Source: Thiobacillus sp. (GTDB taxonomy: Bacteria; Pseudomonadota; Gammaproteobacteria; Burkholderiales; Thiobacillaceae). Taken from it: a DNA stretch of 64,000 bases. Where the stretch lies: assembly GCA_044227195.1 (NCBI GenBank), contig JBGAFQ010000002.1, forward strand, positions 7,375 to 71,374, written 5' to 3'. Positions 60,610 to 64,000 of the stretch are shown in pieces (the stretch's first letter is position 1; each line of letters starts with the position of its first letter). The translations under genes and the position numbers were made by a program. The notes below the pieces were generated by a model. The model had not been told where the DNA came from. It made no database searches and saw only the letters and a program-made list of their open reading frames with translations.

Positions 60610-61898
60610 GAGACCTGATCGTAACCGGCGTCATCTTCGGCCTGCTGCCCTTCGTCTTCAGACGGCCCTGGCTCGGCATCCTGCTCTGGTCGTGGCTGGG
60701 CTACATGAACCCGCACCGCCTGGCCTGGGGCTTCGCCTACGACTTCCCGTTCTCGATGGTGGTGGGCGTGGTCACGCTGGCGGCCTTCCTGTTCTCGCAG
60801 GAAAAGAAGGAGATGCCCTGGTCGCGCGAGATCGTGGTGCTGCTGATTTTCATCGCCTGGATGCTGCTCACGACCTTCTTCGCCTTCTACCCCGACGCGG
60901 CCTGGTTCCAGTGGAACAAGGTCTGGAAGATCCAGCTGATGGTGATCCTGACGGCGCTCATCATCAACGATCGCCACAAGCTGCACTGGCTGGTCTGGGT
61001 CATCGTCGTGTCGTTCGCCTTCTATGGCGTCAAGGGCGGGATATTCACCATCGTCAACGGCGGTGCGTACCGGGTGCAGGGCCCCGCGGGCACCTTCATC
61101 GGCGGCAACAACGAAATGGCGCTCGCCCTGGTGATGTCGATTCCGCTGATCCGCTATCTGCAGCTGCAGGACACGCGTCGATGGATGAAACTCGCCCTGG
61201 CAGGCGCCATGGTGCTGACCGGCGTGGCCGCCATCGGCAGCCAGTCGCGCGGCGGCCTGCTGGCAATGGTCGCAATGGGCATCTTCCTCTGGCTGAAGAG
61301 CCGCAAGAAGATCGTCACCGGCCTGTACATGGCGGCCGCCGTCGCCATCCTGGCGTCGGTCATGCCGCAGGCATGGTACGACCGCATGAACACGATCAAG
61401 ACGTATCAGGAGGACCAGTCCGCGCAGGGCCGGATCAATGCCTGGTATACCGCGTTCAACCTGGCGAAGGACCGGATCACCGGCGGCGGCTTCGAAACCT
61501 TCCGGCCGCCGACCTTCCGCCAGTACGCGCCCGACCCCTGGAACGTACACGATGTACACAGCATCTACTTCGAGCAGATGGGCGAGCAGGGCTTCATCGG
61601 TTTCGGGCTGTTCATGCTGCTCGGCCTGCTGGCCTGGCTGCGCGCCCGGCAGATCATCAAGCGATGCAAGAACGACCCGGACAGGAAATGGGCATCCGAC
61701 CTGGCGGCCATGATCCAGGTGAGCCTGGTCGGCTACGCGGCCGGCGGCGCCTTCCTCGGCATGAGCTATTTCGACCTGCCTTACCACCTCATGATCATTC
61801 TGGTGCTGACGGCCAGGTTCGCGGGGGTGCTCGAAAAACAGGCCGCACCCGCAGCGCAGTTCGTCGGCAAGCCGCAACCGTTCAGGCAGTTCAACTGA
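60606..61898 (+). CDS. Exosortase A-associated O-antigen-ligase-like membrane protein
   Basis: NPHRLAWG, SQSRGG, SAQGRINAW, HSIYF; polytopic. Confidence 0.88.
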   Translation: MRDLIVTGVIFGLLPFVFRRPWLGILLWSWLGYMNPHRLAWGFAYDFPFSMVVGVVTLAAFLFSQEKKEMPWSREIVVLLIFIAWMLLTTFFAFYPDAAWFQWNKVWKIQLMVILTALIINDRHKLHWLVWVIVVSFAFYGVKGGIFTIVNGGAYRVQGPAGTFIGGNNEMALALVMSIPLIRYLQLQDTRRWMKLALAGAMVLTGVAAIGSQSRGGLLAMVAMGIFLWLKSRKKIVTGLYMAAAVAILASVMPQAWYDRMNTIKTYQEDQSAQGRINAWYTAFNLAKDRITGGGFETFRPPTFRQYAPDPWNVHDVHSIYFEQMGEQGFIGFGLFMLLGLLAWLRARQIIKRCKNDPDRKWASDLAAMIQVSLVGYAAGGAFLGMSYFDLPYHLMIILVLTARFAGVLEKQAAPAAQFVGKPQPFRQFN

Positions 61899-61911
61899 GG
61901 AGTTCGCTCGC

Positions 61912-63285
61912 ATGCAGACGGGATTCGAGACCATAGGCAATGCCATCCTGACGCTGTACGACGAAGGGCGGCCGGTGCTGGCGACCGATCCATGGTTCAC
62001 GCCGCAGGCCTACTTCGGCAGCTGGGGGCAGTCGCACGAGATCCCGCCGGTACAGTTGCAGGGCATCCTTGGCGCGGAATACATCTGGCTGTCGCATGGC
62101 CATCCGGACCACCTCAACGCCGACTCGATGCCGCAGCTGACGGGCAAGAAGATCCTGCTGCCCGATCACGTCGGAAAACGCATCCACGACGACCTGAAAG
62201 GCCAGGGCTACGATGTGCGCGTGATGCAGGACCGGCGCTGGTACCCCCTTTCCAGACGCATCCGGGTGTATTGCATTTCCGATCTCAACCAGGACGCGGT
62301 GCTGCTGGCCGAGGTGAACGGCCGTCTCGTGTTCAACCGCACCGATGCCTCCGACCACGGCTGGGAAAACCACGTGCGGAACATCATCAAGCGCTATCCG
62401 GTGTCGTTCATGATGGGTCTGTCCAGCCGCTACGGCGACGCCGACATGATCAATTTCTTCGACGAGGACGGCGGTCGCATTCCGCCGAGCGAAGTCGTGC
62501 CTGCGATCGGCAAGCGCAACGCTCACCGGACCGAAACCGTCGGCGCGAAATTCTTCATTCCCTTCAGCTCCATGCATACCTACCAGCGCGAGGATTCGGC
62601 CTGGGCCAACGTCTACCACACCGCGCTGGACGACTACCGCAACGGTTTCGTCTCGGACAAGTGCCAGATGCTGCCCGCCTACGTGCGCTACGATTGCATG
62701 GACGACAGCTGGGAAGAAATCCGCCCGCGCGAATTGCCGGTCGCCATCCTTCCCGCGGCGGATTTCGGCGACGACTGGAACGACAAGCTCGACGCGGAGG
62801 AAAGGGCGCTGGCCACGCGCTACTTCCAGGCGATCGGCCATCTGAAGACGCATCTCGATTTCGTCACGCTGCGCGTCGGCGGGGTCGATCACACGATCCG
62901 GCTGTCCGACCGCGCCTGCAACCGCGGCGTGACCTTCGAGGCACCGCGCAATTCGCTGATGACCGCGATCCGCTACGAGGTGTTCGACGACATGCTGATC
63001 GCCAATTTCATGAAAACCACGCTGCACGGCGACTGGGGGTCGTCGCGGCTGTATCCCGATTTCACGCCCTATGTCGCCAAATACGCGGACAACGGCCAGG
63101 CCAAGTCACGCGACGAACTCGACGCCTACTTCAAGGCCTATCGCAGCCGCGCGGTTCTGGATTACCTGAAGTGGACGTTCGAGAAACGGGCCGAAGGCAT
63201 CTACCGGAAATATGTTTCCGACGAGAGCCTGCTGCATCGGGCCGCCAAGGGCCTGTACTGGCACTACAAGAAAAAACTGCGCTGA
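61912..63285 (+). CDS. Metallo-beta-lactamase-fold protein (CMAH/UlaG-like)
   Basis: GGAG RBS; TDPWF...FGSW, WLSHGHPDHL, FIPFSS. Confidence 0.78.
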   Translation: MQTGFETIGNAILTLYDEGRPVLATDPWFTPQAYFGSWGQSHEIPPVQLQGILGAEYIWLSHGHPDHLNADSMPQLTGKKILLPDHVGKRIHDDLKGQGYDVRVMQDRRWYPLSRRIRVYCISDLNQDAVLLAEVNGRLVFNRTDASDHGWENHVRNIIKRYPVSFMMGLSSRYGDADMINFFDEDGGRIPPSEVVPAIGKRNAHRTETVGAKFFIPFSSMHTYQREDSAWANVYHTALDDYRNGFVSDKCQMLPAYVRYDCMDDSWEEIRPRELPVAILPAADFGDDWNDKLDAEERALATRYFQAIGHLKTHLDFVTLRVGGVDHTIRLSDRACNRGVTFEAPRNSLMTAIRYEVFDDMLIANFMKTTLHGDWGSSRLYPDFTPYVAKYADNGQAKSRDELDAYFKAYRSRAVLDYLKWTFEKRAEGIYRKYVSDESLLHRAAKGLYWHYKKKLR

Positions 63286-63301
63286 CGGCCGCCGCGAGTC
63301 C

Positions 63302-64000
63302 ATGCTGCCACGACTGAAACTGCCGCCCGGCCTGGGCAAAGCGTTCTGGCTCGCTGCGCTCGTGCTGCTTTGCGCAGAGGCGGCGCTGCACAGCGAGGGG
63401 GTGCTGCATCGCTACCGCTCGGTCTATGCGATCGGGCGCGCGCTGGACAAGCTGCATTACGTCGAGTCGCATGCGCCGCATCTGCTGTTCATTGGCAACA
63501 GCCGGACCGACAACGGCATCGACCCACGCACGGTTGCCGCCGCTCTCGGCCAGTCCGACGGCTTCGCGTTCAATCTGGGCATGCCCGGCGCCAACCTGCT
63601 CACCTATCATGGCGTGACGACGCGACTGGATGCGCGCGGCCTGCTGGGCGGCGAGGGTATCCATGCCGTGGTGCTGGGGCTGGACGAGAACGGCCTGCTG
63701 GAAGAGAACTCGCTGGGCTACATCGAATTCTTCGCCCAGCGCGCCGCCTTGTGGCAGGACGGACGCTATCGCGACTGGCTGGGCAGTTTTCTCCGCCTGT
63801 GGTCCTACAGCGGCAACCTGCGGCAATTGCGCGAACCGGAAAAGGCCCTGCGCTTCGTCGAAGCGACCGTGCATCCGGTCGAGCCGGTGGGCGGCGGGGC
63901 GGCGCAGCACCTGGGCTATCGCAAGGGCTTCGGCGCCGCGCAGAACGAGACGCAGGTGGCCAGCCAGGAAACTGCCGCGCAACGTCCGCCGGCACCCGGC
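63302..64000 (+). CDS. SGNH/DltD-like membrane-anchored protein, 3'-truncated (absent from ORF track)
   Basis: My translation gives MLPRLKLPPGLGKAFWLAALVLLCAEAAL...LLFIGNSRTDNGIDP...FNLGMPGA; the frame stays open to the window end. Confidence 0.7.
   Translation, partial: MLPRLKLPPGLGKAFWLAALVLLCAEAALHSEGVLHRYRSVYAIGRALDKLHYVESHAPHLLFIGNSRTDNGIDPRTVAAALGQSDGFAFNLGMPGANLLTYHGVTTRLDARGLLGGEGIHAVVLGLDENGLLEENSLGYIEFFAQRAALWQDGRYRDWLGSFLRLWSYSGNLRQLREPEKALRFVEATVHPVEPVGGGAAQHLGYRKGFGAAQNETQVASQETAAQRPPAPG

Overview
High-GC betaproteobacterial chromosome segment; the gene order looks Thiobacillus-like, but that is inference and unverified. I found no rRNA, tRNA, CRISPR array, transposase or integrase. 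Bases 1-39.7 kb are mostly housekeeping: allophanate hydrolase (3' part), a lipoprotein/ECF sigma/anti-sigma operon, a PAS-PAS-GGDEF-EAL gene, a P-loop protein plus metA, an Mla/Pqi-type ABC operon, ampG, xth, pyrE, gatCAB, mreBCD-mrdA-rodA-rlpA-dac-dat-ybeD-lipB, lipA and nodIJ-like genes. From 39.95 kb past the window end lies an exosortase A (XrtA/PEP-CTERM) exopolysaccharide locus. Best leads: (1) a 22/25 match to the IscR type-1 operator on the promoter of a TrpD-fold non-TrpD protein plus Rieske ferredoxin, inserted between lipB and lipA; (2) a two-gene RHH plus coiled-coil module with its own sigma70 promoter and TGTACA palindromic operators; (3) a DacA/PBP5 homologue with all three catalytic motifs altered; (4) three correctly spaced sigma54 promoters, tandem enhancer-like palindromes and two internal terminator hairpins around the EPS locus and the c-di-GMP gene; (5) uncharacterised EPS tailoring genes, including a CMAH-like metallo-beta-lactamase-fold protein; (6) a lower-GC transglutaminase-TPR/NlpI fusion. 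All family assignments come from recognised motifs; no searches were run.
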